NCBI GenBank assembly: GCA_010405405.1
Contig: MU004239.1
Coordinates: 1,054,001 to 1,118,000, forward strand
Reading direction: 5' to 3'
Source: Microthyrium microscopicum
Lineage: Eukaryota
Length of the DNA: 64,000 nt
The position numbers and the translations under genes were made by a program. Of the stretch, positions 13,093 to 25,748 are shown one piece after another. The notes beneath the pieces were generated by a model that saw only the letters and a program-made list of their open reading frames with translations, was not told the DNA's origin and ran no database searches. The first letter of the stretch is position 1; each line of letters begins with the position of its first letter.

Positions 13093-13413
13093 GATGTTGA
13101 TTGTTGTTGTTTTGTAGGTGATGTTTGTATGGATTTATTTGAAGGCGAGGCTCTGGGACCGAAGTCTTTAACAAGGCTGAAATGGAGGGCTACGTCATGG
13201 CTCGCCAACTTCAAGCTCGCGTGGCATGGGTGAAGCATGGATGCAAGGGATGCGGTGGAACACATGGCAAGGATGCGACTTGAGACATCCATACGGAGAT
13301 TTTTCCCGTGGTCATACATCACATCATAAAGTACCTCTCTACTTTGTGAATGTAGGTCAAGGTTTGAATAATAAACATTCGGTTTTGCAGGAACTCGATT
13401 GTTATAGAGAGTC

Positions 13414-14250
13414 ATGGCTTCTTCCAATTCAAAATCTCCCGTATCACGAGGCCTTAGAGTCGCAATTGTAACAGGCGCGTCTCGAGGCATAGGAGCCGCG
13501 ATTGCTCTAGAATTAGCAAAACGCGGCTATAATGTATCATTCACCTATATATTCATGACTCTTGAGCCGTAGCGGCTAATGCGAGGGCAGGTGACAATCG
13601 TCTACAGCTCGCCATCTAGCGAATCTGCCGCTAAAGATCTCGTAACTCAAATCGAATCTCTTGGAGTGAAAGCAATACTTGCACGCGAAGATCTCTACGA
13701 CACCGAAGCTCCAGATAGAATCGTCAAAGCAACTACTGCAGCTTTTGGACCGCATGTCGACATCCTGGTCAACAATGCTGCTACTGAAGTCAACAAGAGA
13801 CTTGGAAATATCACATTAGAGGATATCTCTAAAGTATACGATCTGAATGTGCGAGCTGCTATTCTCATGTCTCAGGCGGTGTTGCCGTACTTGCGATCAC
13901 CGGGACGGATCATCAACATGTCTTCAGTGGGCGGACGGTGTGGATTCCAGGAACTTAGTTTGTATTGTTCGAGCAAGGCAGCACTGGAAGGTTTGACACG
14001 GTGCTGGGCTGCAGAGTTGGGCAAGGACGGTCATACCGTAAACGCCGTCAGTCCAGGCCCGGTTCAGACGCAGTTGCTGGATAAAATTCCTCCGGAGATT
14101 GTGGCAGCGCAGAAGGCTGCTACGCCTGTGGAGAATCGACTGGGTACGGTGGATGATATTGCTCTGATTGTTGCTTGGCTGGCGAGTGAGGAAGCTCGAT
14201 GGGTGAGTGGACAGGTGCTGAGTGCATCTGGTGGTTTGAACATGTATTAG
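13414..14250 (+). CDS. Short-chain dehydrogenase/reductase (classical SDR)
   Basis: Exon 1 from ATG 13414 holds VTGASRGIG. Intron 13534-13590. Downstream are ILVNNA, catalytic YCSSK and VNAVSPGPV. Confidence 0.92.
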
Positions 14251-14548
14251 ACTGCTATGACTTGTTCCCTGTCGCAGGCTTCAGGCGATATGTATCGGGG
14301 TCCATAGGAATCTTGCCATGACATCCGTTGGGGTATTCCGTTTACTTGTTTGTGTCTTTTGCGACATCAAAGCCATGTTTGCCTGCCCCAGAATGAAATT
14401 CCCGTTTGTCCAAGATGTTCTGAGCTCGACTTTGGCAGATATAACTCAGACTTCTAGGCGCGTCTCAGTAGGCGCCCACAAATCGATCTGCAGAGAGCTG
14501 AATAAGTCCGGCATCATATGCTATTTCAAAGCATATCTGGAAGTGCCG

Positions 14549-15654
14549 TTACGTGCAGTAGGTGGGCACGGGTATGTTTCTCAGCTGTGGTCCGCCATTG
14601 CAGCTCCACATGTTCCTCATCATCCAAGCATCGTATTCTGTAATAAAGACGGCAGAGCCAGCCTTCATCAAGAAGCGTGATTGTGAGCCAGATCGATCTG
14701 GCTTTCGTTTGTTATTCGTATTCTCGGGATTGTAGAAATCGTCGAGTCCAAAGCTGTGACCCTGTAAACATATAATTAGTAAATAAGACTCTTTGTTCAA
14801 AGGAGCGAGATCAGATTACCATTTCGTGAAGAAAGATATGCATCCTGTCAGGATCTGTGCTTTTCAGCTCCTTCAAGATATCGCTACTTCCCAAAGTCTG
14901 ACCAAAATCTTGCCCCTGAGAAAGTATTAGCTTATATCTTGCAACATAATCAGCACCACAAACCGATCCCCCTCCATGTAAGTTGTCCCTCAAGTTAAGG
15001 ATCATATCAAAATGTCCTTTCTTCTTCTCCGGGCATTGCGTATAATGTCCATCCTTATGCTCGTACCGGTAGCAAGCTTTGTCGCAACTAGATCCATGGT
15101 ATGTGAACTTCTCAGCTTCTGCGTCCAATCCAACTAGATTTGCTTTCTCTTTTGCCGCCCATGCCTTTATTCTGACACGAACTTTTGGATATTTCCAGCC
15201 ATCATAGCCGGCTAACACGTCGATCCATTTCTGGATTTGTATAGCGAGCTCTTTATTCAGAGTGGAGCGTTCGTTTCGTGTGATCTTTTTCGAGCTGTCC
15301 CATTTTACGCAGAAGCTGAGCCGGCCTGGAGAACAATCAGCGACGATGGAAGAGTTGTGTGTTTGCAAACATACCTTCATTAGCATATATTTGCTGGAAT
15401 GCCCAGTTTGTGTACTTCTTTTCCCATGTGTAGCTGTCCCAGACCGTTTTCAATGGCGTAAGCAAGTGCTTTGGTGGATCCCAGGTGGTTTTCTGCATGG
15501 AAGAAGCAGTGACGGCGCGGACTGCTACGGTCGGTGTTCCATCAAGTCTCGTTTCTTCAGTAAGAAGACCTCTCTGGATCTGCTCAACTGCTTCCGGGAC
15601 CGTTAGGCTGGCCACAAGGCCTAGAGATAGACACAAGGCGCAGAGCTGGCGCAT
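14549..15654 (-). CDS. Secreted neutral zinc metallopeptidase-like protein (HEXXH)
   Basis: Signal peptide, WDPP...NWAFQQI, FCVKWDS, GYDGW. The motif HEM|GHSFGLDDFY is split by an intron at ~14819-14763. Three introns in total. Confidence 0.8.
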
Positions 15655-16449
15655 CGTGGTTGAGGGAATTCGAACAGCCTATAGTTGCCCTCGAGGGAGT
15701 AAGTATGCATCTGTTCTGCGAGTGCTGCGAGCTGCTATGCACCATAGCCGTCGAAACAAGATGCTATGCTAATCGTGCTGCGATCGTGGGGCAGGCAAGT
15801 AGATCAAGTAAAATTAGTTCCGACTTAATATATTTTCCTAGGCCCTGTTATATTAGCATTGATCTGTTTTTGGCCTGTCTCTCATATGGAGCAGTGATGA
15901 TCTCAGATATCACCAATCAAATAAATGCCGGATATTTTGTATTTTCTGGATTCAACTGCTCAGCAATGGAGTTCAAAGACGTCTCTCGAAGACATCTCCA
16001 TCTGATCGTAATCCAAAACATCCATACGATCCCAAGGCTTCGGCTACAGTCAACAACACACATTTTCCCATGCATTACGGTGTAGTCGCAGGGAACGGAA
16101 CTTGCTCCAATGTTCAGTTGAAATTATTGTGACAATAATAGAAGCTTTTGCCTAGGTCTATCGAACCCGGTTGATTGCCAAACGGAAGCACGGCACGATG
16201 ATCAGACCTCCGACTGCTGCTCAGAGCCTTGAATCCGACCACCGAGATGTGGTAATAGCCCTATTTTGTTAATACTCTAGGATGCAATACAGCCTGGTGT
16301 ATGGTAGAAAGGTAGTTGTCAATCTATACATACTACCACCCTCAAAACTCGTTTCCGGGTTGATGAAGTGAGAAGAAGAGCGCTTGGGAACGATGCACCC
16401 ATCATTGACCTGTATGTAGGTAAAACGAATTGAGTTCCTCGTAATCAAT

Positions 16450-18250
16450 ACAGCGCCAGCTCACTGAAACACTTAGCAAGCACCATGCCAGGTTCTCACC
16501 GCTCTCCCGTGACGAAATCAAGTGGGCTCAAATGTTGCAAACTAAGGCCAAATGCTCAATGTTACTCCGTACTCCTTGGAAGCTCAGCAATGAGCAAGAA
16601 TCCGCAAGAATTAGATTCTGGCGTCACGAAGATGATCAAGTCGCGCAAAACACGCTTGTACCTTTCCAACCCCTTTGTTTGGTTCGCTATGACCACAGCC
16701 GCCCAGATGTGGAGAATTAACGCTGCTGATTCGCTCGGCTGTCATGCAGTGGCACTCTCCACAAAGGCAGCGCGCTGACATGGGTTCGAACCAAGACAAC
16801 TTCTTTCCTTTGATCCAACTTCTCTTCGCAAAGTTTCCCACCGAAGGGGACGCGTTATAGTCGAGCAGATGGTGTAGCCGACCTGTTCTTATCGCGATCG
16901 TTGTATATCGTTGTTGTTCTCTGCTTTCTTGACGGCTTCTTCGTTCTCCTTGCACTCTTCCGCCCCTGTGATTAGGTAAGGGAATTGCAGTATTCTGTTC
17001 CATGCGATTGTCATCATGTTTTGTTGGTTTCTTCGTAAAGACCTGCCTTTCTTCTGAATGCCGCGCCTCCGCAATATCCATCGGCACAACGGCTCGTTAG
17101 ATGGAATGAGACGTGATCAGGAGGTCATTTCCCAGCTCCGTCCGGGTTGTCCGCATCGCCATTGGTCTTGGAAGGTTTGGTCTGCAGCATGAAAGAGCGA
17201 GGGTGTAAAGAAGAGGCGCCACGAATGAGACGCGGCAGCAATACTTGGCTGCAACTGTTCTCCAAGGCATCGTTGAGGTCGTTTGCCAACATTTGCACGC
17301 AATTGGCTGTTAGACAAAGCACCCTTTAATTCTCGGTTTCATTCCCCTCTGGATCGTGGTTCAAGGACTTCTTAGTATTGGCCACTCCTTTTCACCTTGC
17401 TCTTTCCAATGCTCCGCTGTTTCACTTTGGCCTGTTTCTTGGTTTCTGGCTTCAGTAATATCCTTAAGCTCAGGGCTTTGACATTGTCCCTGTGATTTAG
17501 CGTACTGGCTCCAATATTCCAATGCTTTACGACAACACGGCACCATGTTGTTGGTACTCTTGAATACTAAGTCCGCCTGAAGTGCCATCGACGGAGATGC
17601 TGGAATTGATCGAATCACTACCCCAACATGCCGTGAGGCCATTGGGATAGTAAACTTCTCAGATGATCGCTACGAACGGAGGTGGCGAGTCGGGCGGTGT
17701 AGCTCAAAACTGCGGAGAGACTGGCTCCATCCACGGTTGTAGCCTCAACTTTGTTCACTTTGTGCTAATCGTCAGGCTTTGCTTTGCGGGATGCTCGATA
17801 AAGGCGTGCTCGGGGGCTGAAGGACGATAAACTAAACTTGTAGGTCAGCTTCTGGACTTGCCCATCCATCTGTCGCCTTTGCGATGCAAAAGCTCGATGC
17901 TTTGCAGCTGTAACGGGCTCTGCGTCGGCATTGAGGCTCAAGCGCTGTTTACTTGTACTAATGCTTTCCAATGCTATTTTCAGTGGCAACTTTTATCTCT
18001 AGTGGTACGGCAGAGGGATGAATGTTGGCGTGGATGTGTAGCTGGCAACTGCGGCGCGCGGAGGAAGATGCTCCTGTGTTATAGAAGCATCTTTCTTCGG
18101 CTCACAGAGGTATTCGGTCGAGAAGGGATTGTTGTGCTCGCGAGCTGGTCGTATCATCGCCGTTCTCCGATGAGTTGCACTTCAAGGGCCTCATTCAGAG
18201 AAGTGTAGACTATGAAGTTGAAGCTTGCGGACCGGTTCTTTGCTCAGGAT
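16450..18250 (-). pseudogene. Possible decayed coding sequence of unknown family
   Basis: Chain of short protein-like minus-strand frames (17765-17989, 17361-17642, 17125-17322, 16889-17089 and a stop-interrupted continuation). They switch phase without splice signals. No recognisable domain. Confidence 0.25.
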
Positions 18251-20915
18251 TGATGCATTGCGACTCGATGCGCGTGTTTCCCTATCCAATGGTGAATGAA
18301 AAGCATGAAGTTATGACAAGAAAGAAGCTAATGCGGGAATAGGACAAGGATGGAATGAATTTGGCAATCACGGAGCATGGCTTCAGGGAAAAAGACCATT
18401 TCTGAAGCACTAAAGGGCTCGAGCCATGCTGGTTTGGGGTCAGATATCATGGCATGCACGCTTGGAGTGCCATTGGTAAGTACCCAATCCTTCCTAGCGC
18501 CCGAGGTCGACTTGTAATACGGAAGGTTCGACCATCTCGAACACATAAACAACAATCTGGTCCTTGAAAGCAACATATCACAAACATAATCTCTTTGGAT
18601 ATCTTACATTGGACTACTATGAGCTGCAATGCACTGTTTTGTGAGCTATAGTCTACGAAAAGCTTGGCCCCTGATAGAATGCGATGAAATCTCTAGCCTT
18701 CCCTTTCCACCTCCCCTTCAAAAACCATCCACCCGTCGCCAAACATCAACACCACCACGTTTCCATTTCTTTTGACGGTGTGGGCTATTCATGATCGTCT
18801 ACTCTGGTCTTCCGATCGACTTTTGAAGGTCCACAAACCATTTACTGCATGAATGTCAGCCCAAGCGATGACCAGGGGTTTCAGTCAAGCTTTGCATTCA
18901 CACCACAAATATCGACGCAACGGCTCTAGTCTCCGAATACGCGATGGAAATCAGATCGTTTTGCCTATGAGATATGTTCGTATTCATCCAATGACGGCTA
19001 TCACATTTATCTTACATCTGTGCGTGGTTGCTGTCAAATTTGACGGCTTGTTGACGCGCCGTACTTTCGGCATTATCCAATTGCGAATGAATTCAGGTAC
19101 GCTGCTTGCTTATTATGCTTTGTATGCTCTACTCTAACTTGTCTTTGCAATCGAAGATGATTATATAGCCTTTTGCTATCTGCACCTAGGTCGTATGACG
19201 CTGAGTTGGCAATCGTCTACCTCTCTGTTTCAGCACATTTCGTCCTCAATGGGCCAGAAAATCAAAGCAAATACCTTTGTTCACAATTCTAGAATAAGCA
19301 TTGGCTGCTTGAACAGCTCTTCAGCTTCCAAGCGCTGCGAAATTACGACCTAACTGTGCTCCGCAGTGAGCAGCTTGTAAGTCAGATTCCCGTGCTTTGG
19401 TTTTATGAAGTACAAAAAGTCTAACTTGTGAAGCCCATCCTCTTGAATTAACGAGGTTAAATGCACAAGATGGAACCCCTGCCGTCGCATAGTCATTTAC
19501 ACCATCCATCATACGCTTTGTAATCGTCGCGACACCAGTCCAGGAGCTCACGCAACTAGCTTCTATCGATCCATTGAGCAAGCTTTTGTTTTCCTGATGA
19601 TTAAGCACTCTGAGTTTAACGGAAGATCATCTGGAGACCACCGGTTTCTTCTTTGGCGCCTAAGCTGTCATCTTGATGCGTGTGCCTTTCGAACACTTCA
19701 AATTGAGCAACAAGTCGCGGTCCTTATCGTCCCTTTTACAGCCACCAAAACGCAAAGTATCTCAAAGAAAGCAATAGGAACCACAGCAAATCGACGAGGA
19801 GTAAGCCATTGATTCTCCCAAGCTCTCTTCACCTCCGTCAACGAACATTGCTGCTTAGAAGGAAACAAAACGCTCAAAACATGCAAATCCCTCCTCCACC
19901 AGGCGAGCACAAAGCCGATTCCTCAGAAATCCACACGGCATAGTCTAGAATTTGAACACATCATCACGACAAGCCAAGGACACATTATGAAGCATAAGAA
20001 AGCCAAGGATCCCGTCGTAATCATGTTCCGTGCTTCAGTCTTGCGCAATGCAAGGCCGGCACCAGTTTACAATCACTGATCCATTTCGCCGCAACAAAGG
20101 CATGCGAATTCTAGCTGAATGAGCTAAAGAGTACAAAGTACTACCTTCACTGGCGACCTACAGCTTAATGCTCGACTTTCGCGTTGTGGCGCATTTTCTG
20201 CCAATTTTCGGTCAATTCAACCTTTCCTCTTCACCGCCTCCTTGCAACATATGTTCAGAGCAACACGCATCAAATAAAGCCTTTTATTCACTTTTTCAAG
20301 CTCCTCAGGATATGAGTCAAGAGCATGGAATCACATTTACCTGAAGAAACGAAAAGCAAGCAGAAAAAGGGGTTTGCAATGGGCATACAACCTCCATCAA
20401 ACTACTCAGGGGAAGCTCACGCTATACCTCCCTGAGTTAGTAGCAGCAACACTCTACTCTACAACCTGAGGCAAGCCAAAGATATTGCCTTTTATACCAT
20501 ATCATACGGCACACATCTGGCATCTGGCAAGACCCCACTAGGAAGCTAGAATCTATTTCAGCTCATCGCAACAAGTGGTTTTGCTTAAGACTTCACAACC
20601 AGTCAAGCCTGCGCAGTCTCGCAAATCTCAACACCAAGTTCTCCATCACAACATCCAAAGTCAGCATCATTCAAGGCACGAAAGATCACATTGCAACAGC
20701 CAAAAGAGAAAGAGTTTGATGATACAATTCCATTGATGCCCCCCTAATGATGCTTGGGTATAATGCTGATGCTAAAAATGGAAAAATGCTATGCTAAAAA
20801 ATGCAAAAATAAAAATACGGTGCAAGCCGATACAGGAAAGAATTAAAAATACATGGGCACTTGGCCAGGCTCGCAGGCCCCTCCCCCATCACCAAACAAT
20901 TCCCCGAAGGGTCAC

Positions 20916-22752
20916 TCACCACGAATCACGGCCACCACCGACGCGACGAGCAAGCCCATCGCGACGGCGAGAAGGGCTTCCACCACCCCGACGAGTCGGA
21001 GAGTAGAGGCCCTCCGCGGCCGCATTCGCGATTGAGCGCTCACGCTAAGAGGTTGTTAGCATCAAGTCAGATCAAAAGTGGGAGGAGCATACCTTCGCGA
21101 AATTGTTTGGCTCCGGGAAAGGAGCCTCCCTACCAGGGACCTTGCCTGGCTGATCCAGGCAGGTATAGTAGGTGTGGGCCCGCAGAGGGGCCCACTGCGC
21201 CATTACTGACGAGTTTTGGAAGTGGCTCGTCAGAGCCGGCAAGCCTTGGATTGTGCCGAAGCACAGTTTTGGGACCTTGTTGGATCCCAAGATCCCCCAT
21301 CTCACGCCGGTGAGGAAGGCGGAGAGGGGGACCAGGTCGGTGGACTCCACCACGTTGATGAAGGCGTATCCCACATTGCACTGGTTGCGGAAGTCCAACC
21401 GCAGGTACATGAAGTCATAGCGGCCAGGAATGACCGCATCGAGAAGGCGCTTGAGCTCCCAAGGCTGCATCTTGTTGGGGATGTTGCGGACCATGATGCT
21501 CGTCCGGTACTCTTGACCCGTTAGGATCTTGTAGGGGTCGACGTGGTTGCCGCCGATGGATGGTTGAGAAGCCGGAGTGAAGTCTGGCAAGAGGAAGTTG
21601 AGGATGTGGGAGGTGACGTTGACGGCGCGGATGTCAAAATAGATGTTCTGAAAGGAGGTTAGCAGAGGACAGTGAAAGAAGAGTGTGGCAACATACCCAT
21701 GTGCCCATGTTGTCAGGCAAGAAGTCAATGGTGATGGTTTGGTGGCCATCAAGAGGGTTATGCGCGCGCTCCAAGATCACCTTGTCGCCAGCAAGGATGG
21801 ATTCCATCTCGAGATGGAAGGTGACGACTTCGTCGACAATGGAGATGAGCTTGAAGCCGCTCATTGCACCGTAGTGCTTCTCGAAGTGGTGGATCATTGC
21901 GTCGCGAATGGCACGGACGTTAGGGCCGGTCCAGCGGAAGCCCGATCCAGGCTTGCCGATGGTCAATTGACCAACGGCTTCACCTTCGTCGAGCCAGAAG
22001 TGAGGGAGTGGGGCGAATTGGTCACCTGTGGTGGCGGCTTGGTGGAACTCGACAGCTGGGATCCAACTGACATGCAAGTGGGTAATGGTTGGTCGCCAAA
22101 GAGCGAAGAAGTCGACCAGGGCTTCGAAGGCGTCGCGAGCATGGGTGACGCAGTCAAAGCGCAGCATGATGGTGCCTTCGTAGGGAATCATCTTGTATCC
22201 GACTGCCTTGAGCAAGTAAGGGCTCTGCGAAACAAGGTTAGGAAAGCAAGATCAAGAGAGGAGGGAACAACTTACAGTCTTTACTGCTCCCCAAGCTGTG
22301 GTGGTCTTGAACTCGTTCTCGATGTCGTTGTTTGTCAAGCCCTCAATCATGAGGTAGCGTGATTGGACGATGGGAAGATGTCTCGCTTTGGTCAAGTCAC
22401 GAGAAGTGATGAAACCATAAGCGAACTCATCGTCGACGGAATTGTACGGGAACCAGAAGCCGTTTGGTGCTTCATCACGAGGTTGGGATGGGAAGTCTGA
22501 AGCAAGAACCATCATGTTTGATGGTGGAGGTTGGAACATTGAAGGTGACATGGGAGCAACAGCGTTGCGATAGGGGTCGAGGTGATGAAGCTGATAGGTG
22601 TCCATGACAGTCTGACGATAAGCAGGGTCAATGCCATCTGGTGGACCTGGAAGGTCGAGATAGCGATCCAGTGGCAGGCGATTGTCACGCGTGTAGTGGA
22701 TGATGTCTCGAGCTACCTCTTCCATGGTGCGCCATTGGTTTGGGTTAGACAT
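20916..22752 (-). CDS. Mei2-like RNA-binding protein (562 aa; C-terminal Mei2-type RRM, degenerate N-terminal RRMs)
   Basis: Exons 22752-22276, 22224-21697, 21647-21093 and 21044-20916, all phase 0 with canonical signals. RTSIMVRNIPNK...YDFMYLRLDFRNQCNVGYAFIN...TIQG..ALTSHFQNSSVM is the Mei2 RRM3 signature. Confidence 0.9.
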
Positions 22753-22948
22753 GTTGAAGGATCTGTATGATGATGAGCCATGTGAACAAGAGCAAGGGAT
22801 GGATCATGACCCAAGACAGCAACATGATGTTGACCATCATTGATGTCATGAACCAATAGGGGTGGGACATGATACATACCTATGAGTGAAGACCTTGGAT
22901 GAGTGAAGGTTGAAAGAGCAAAAGCTTGGATGAGAAGTGTCAAAGGAG

Positions 22949-23090
22949 GAAGACCAAAGAGAGGAAGGTCAATGAAGGAAGATCAAGATCAAAGACAAGA
23001 AGTATCAATGGATGAAGACCAAAGAGAAGTGCCAGTGAAGGAAGACCAAAGAAGGAAAGGGTCCGTGAAGGAAGACCAAGAAGGAAAGTC
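22949..23090. repeat. Degenerate purine-rich tandem repeat (about 5 units of 27-36 nt, GAAGACCAAAGA...TGAAG)
   Basis: GAAGA(C/T)CAA recurs five times. Pyrimidine-rich on the Mei2-like sense strand, 200-340 nt upstream of its ATG. Confidence 0.7.
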
Positions 23091-24191
23091 AAGTTCAAAA
23101 AAGTCGAACGAAGTCAAAATCTTGGAGCTGATGGTGGAGTGAAGGAGAAAGTTGACGGAGGTGAATGGATCGATCGTTTAAAAGGACCTCGACCAGAAAA
23201 GCACGGATATTAACCCGTGACTGACGAGAAAGACGCTCAATCATTGGCCACGACCTGCAGATGGATGAGTCTAGACTGGATTGGGGTTGATCCAAGCTTT
23301 CTCACGATGATTTTTTGGTGGTTTTGAACCGGCCATACTCGGCAAAATGAGGTCGACCAAAAGAAGGTCGTATGGGCGCAAAACATCAAAAAAGCACTGG
23401 GTTTTGGACTGGGCTGGTTGAGGCAAGCTCAAGCTATCGACTCATATGATTTTTATGCAATACTTTATGTGGGAAGGTGTTGTGTCGAGGGAGGAGCGTT
23501 CGAAAGCTTGGGCGGTTCAGGGGCAGGCAGCACTGCTCTCATGCAGCCTTGCACCACAACTAGGAGCCTGGACTCTAAATCTTTTTGGAGAGGGTTGAGA
23601 TGATATGGAGAAAGCAGCTCTATGTGGTTTTTGAACTCTCGGAGGTCGTGGGCCAGGTTTGCAGCACCATGGATTGTGTTGGGGCCTGTTTGGGAAGAGA
23701 ATCAGGACCGGTTTGAAAGGTCCCAAACCTTTTTTTGTCTCGACCATTTCTGGACGGAATTTCCTCAAATTTGCGAGAGGAGATTCGATGAAAGTCGGAA
23801 AAGCGCCTCCCGTTATTTGAAAGCAATGCAATGAAGGCTGGGTTGGCAGTAAGCATGTTTGGGTGATCATACTCAATCATGAAAACACCAAGGACGTGTC
23901 ATTTTGGCATCGTGAGATCACGCACGGACAAAAAGTGATCAACGGCGATATCGGATCTGAAATGGGACATACGCTGAAAGACGAAGAAGGAGGCTATTTC
24001 CATCAATTCTGAAGCCGGTCTCATCATTCTTGGGGTCGGTTTACCCAGTCCAGCAATTTTCAGGGAGGCGCGAGCATGCGTTGCGGAGCTACAGGCGAAA
24101 ACAGTTATTTGGGCACCCACATTGGCAAACAAAGGCACTCAGCACCACGACCATTGCATTTGGCTAGCTGAAAATCACGCTATGAACTATC

Positions 24192-25748
24192 CTAGGCGTC
24201 AGGATCATCGTCGGCGTCAAAAAAGAAGGAACCAGGACATGTTGATTTTCGCGGATCTGGACCTGCATGTTCTCCCCTCTGGCTGTCCAGCGGATACCCT
24301 CCACCACCTCCACGACCCGAAACTTCGACTTCTAGGCTGTGACGAGCTAGAATCTCCATGCTGAGGGCCTTTCTTGTCGAGCGGGAGGCTCTGTTGGGCC
24401 AGTTCCAGCTGCCGCCGCTCTTACTGTTGTCAAACACTATGGGGGGCAACACCATCTCCCTATCACGATCCATTCTACTACGCCGAGAAAATGCGAATCT
24501 ACTCAGCCGGTGCTTTTTTTCGGGTTTGGGGAGTCCGCCAGTGATTCTTACGGTGTACCCAAGGCCGTCAAGGGCAATGCCTTCAACATCGATATCTCTT
24601 GAGTAGGTGTTCTGGGCGTCAGAGAATTTGTCGGCATAGCTGTCCACTGTGGTTGTGGCATAAGTCTGAAAGTACTTCCTTTCGTGACTAGCTTGCCTAT
24701 TTTTGCGGATCACTCGGCTGATGGGATTTTCTTTGCGAAGCAGACGGCCTATTACTGGTCGAATCGCTGGCATGGAAGCGCAAATCTGTTCCCAGGGATT
24801 AGGGACGATCAACCAAGATATAGATACTACAGGATTTCTTACCATCGCGACGGAGATCTCCACTTCGGAGCAAATCCAATGAGGCGCGGCCCACCAGCTT
24901 AGATCGTCAGTGTTGAAGAGTGTCCATACATAATATGTTCTAAAGGATCCAACCACACTGACGAGGAATCCCGCGCAGAGCAAAACAATAATCCCCCATT
25001 TCTGCTTGGTGTAGGTACCCAACCTAACGATAATGGGGATTGGAAGTGCCGCAACAACAACTTCCGAAAATGTGTTGACAGCCGAAAGAATGGTATCTGC
25101 AAGTCCTTCGTCGAGACAGGTTCCCTTAGGAGGCCAGGCCCAATACTGGTCGATAGGTATACAGGCGAATATATCAGTACCCAGAAAACACAAGTATAGG
25201 CTGACAACAAAAGCCATTGTGGCGTGGACCGCCCAACGATAGTTTCTCATCTCCATGTGATCCAGAAGTCGATAGTAGAGAAACAGCAACGATATACGGA
25301 CGCATGTCGAGCTTGTTATCCAAAATATTTTGCAAACGAAGACAGTTTTAGCACCGGCTACAGCATGTTAAACTTGCTTTCCAAATGTTGAGAGCTTACT
25401 GACGGACTAGGAACGAGAATTTGGTATCCCACATATGGCGATCCCACCAAAACTTGTCATACCCCCAAAAGACGGTAGCGACATCAGCCATACCAAAAAT
25501 CTGTGGCGATTAGCACACTGCCAGAAGAGTTGCTATATTGGACCTACCCAGGCGAGGAGAATGAACACATCGTCTGCACCAAACCATCTTCGTATAAAAG
25601 CGCGGGTATAAAGCCTGATCCATACTGTTATTGTCGCCAGAAAGAAGAATGTGCTATTGATAAAGTATATCTCTGGGCCTCGCTTCACTGGATCAATGAA
25701 GTTTGGTGTTGGCCATTTGGTCATCACTTCGGGGTGTCTGAACTTCAT
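24192..25748 (-). CDS. PTH11-like (rhodopsin-domain) integral membrane protein
   Basis: WPTPNFIDP, RLYTR..FGADD, WDRHMWD, FACIP..YW..C, LPIP, EISVAM|ICASMPAIRP. Three introns. Confidence 0.88.

Noticed and set aside
13026..13490. 154-aa minus-strand ORF
   Set aside because: It overlaps SDR exon 1 antisense and the 108-aa gene out of frame, and has no domain.
16155..16800. GGTTCGA T-loop-like motifs at ~16160 (minus) and ~16783 (plus)
   Set aside because: No T-stem, acceptor stem or A-box, so these are not tRNAs.
21685..22362. 225-aa plus-strand ORF and similar long antisense ORFs over MTO1, the acyl-CoA dehydrogenase, GH115 and NEW1
   Set aside because: These are antisense shadows of biased codon usage in real genes.
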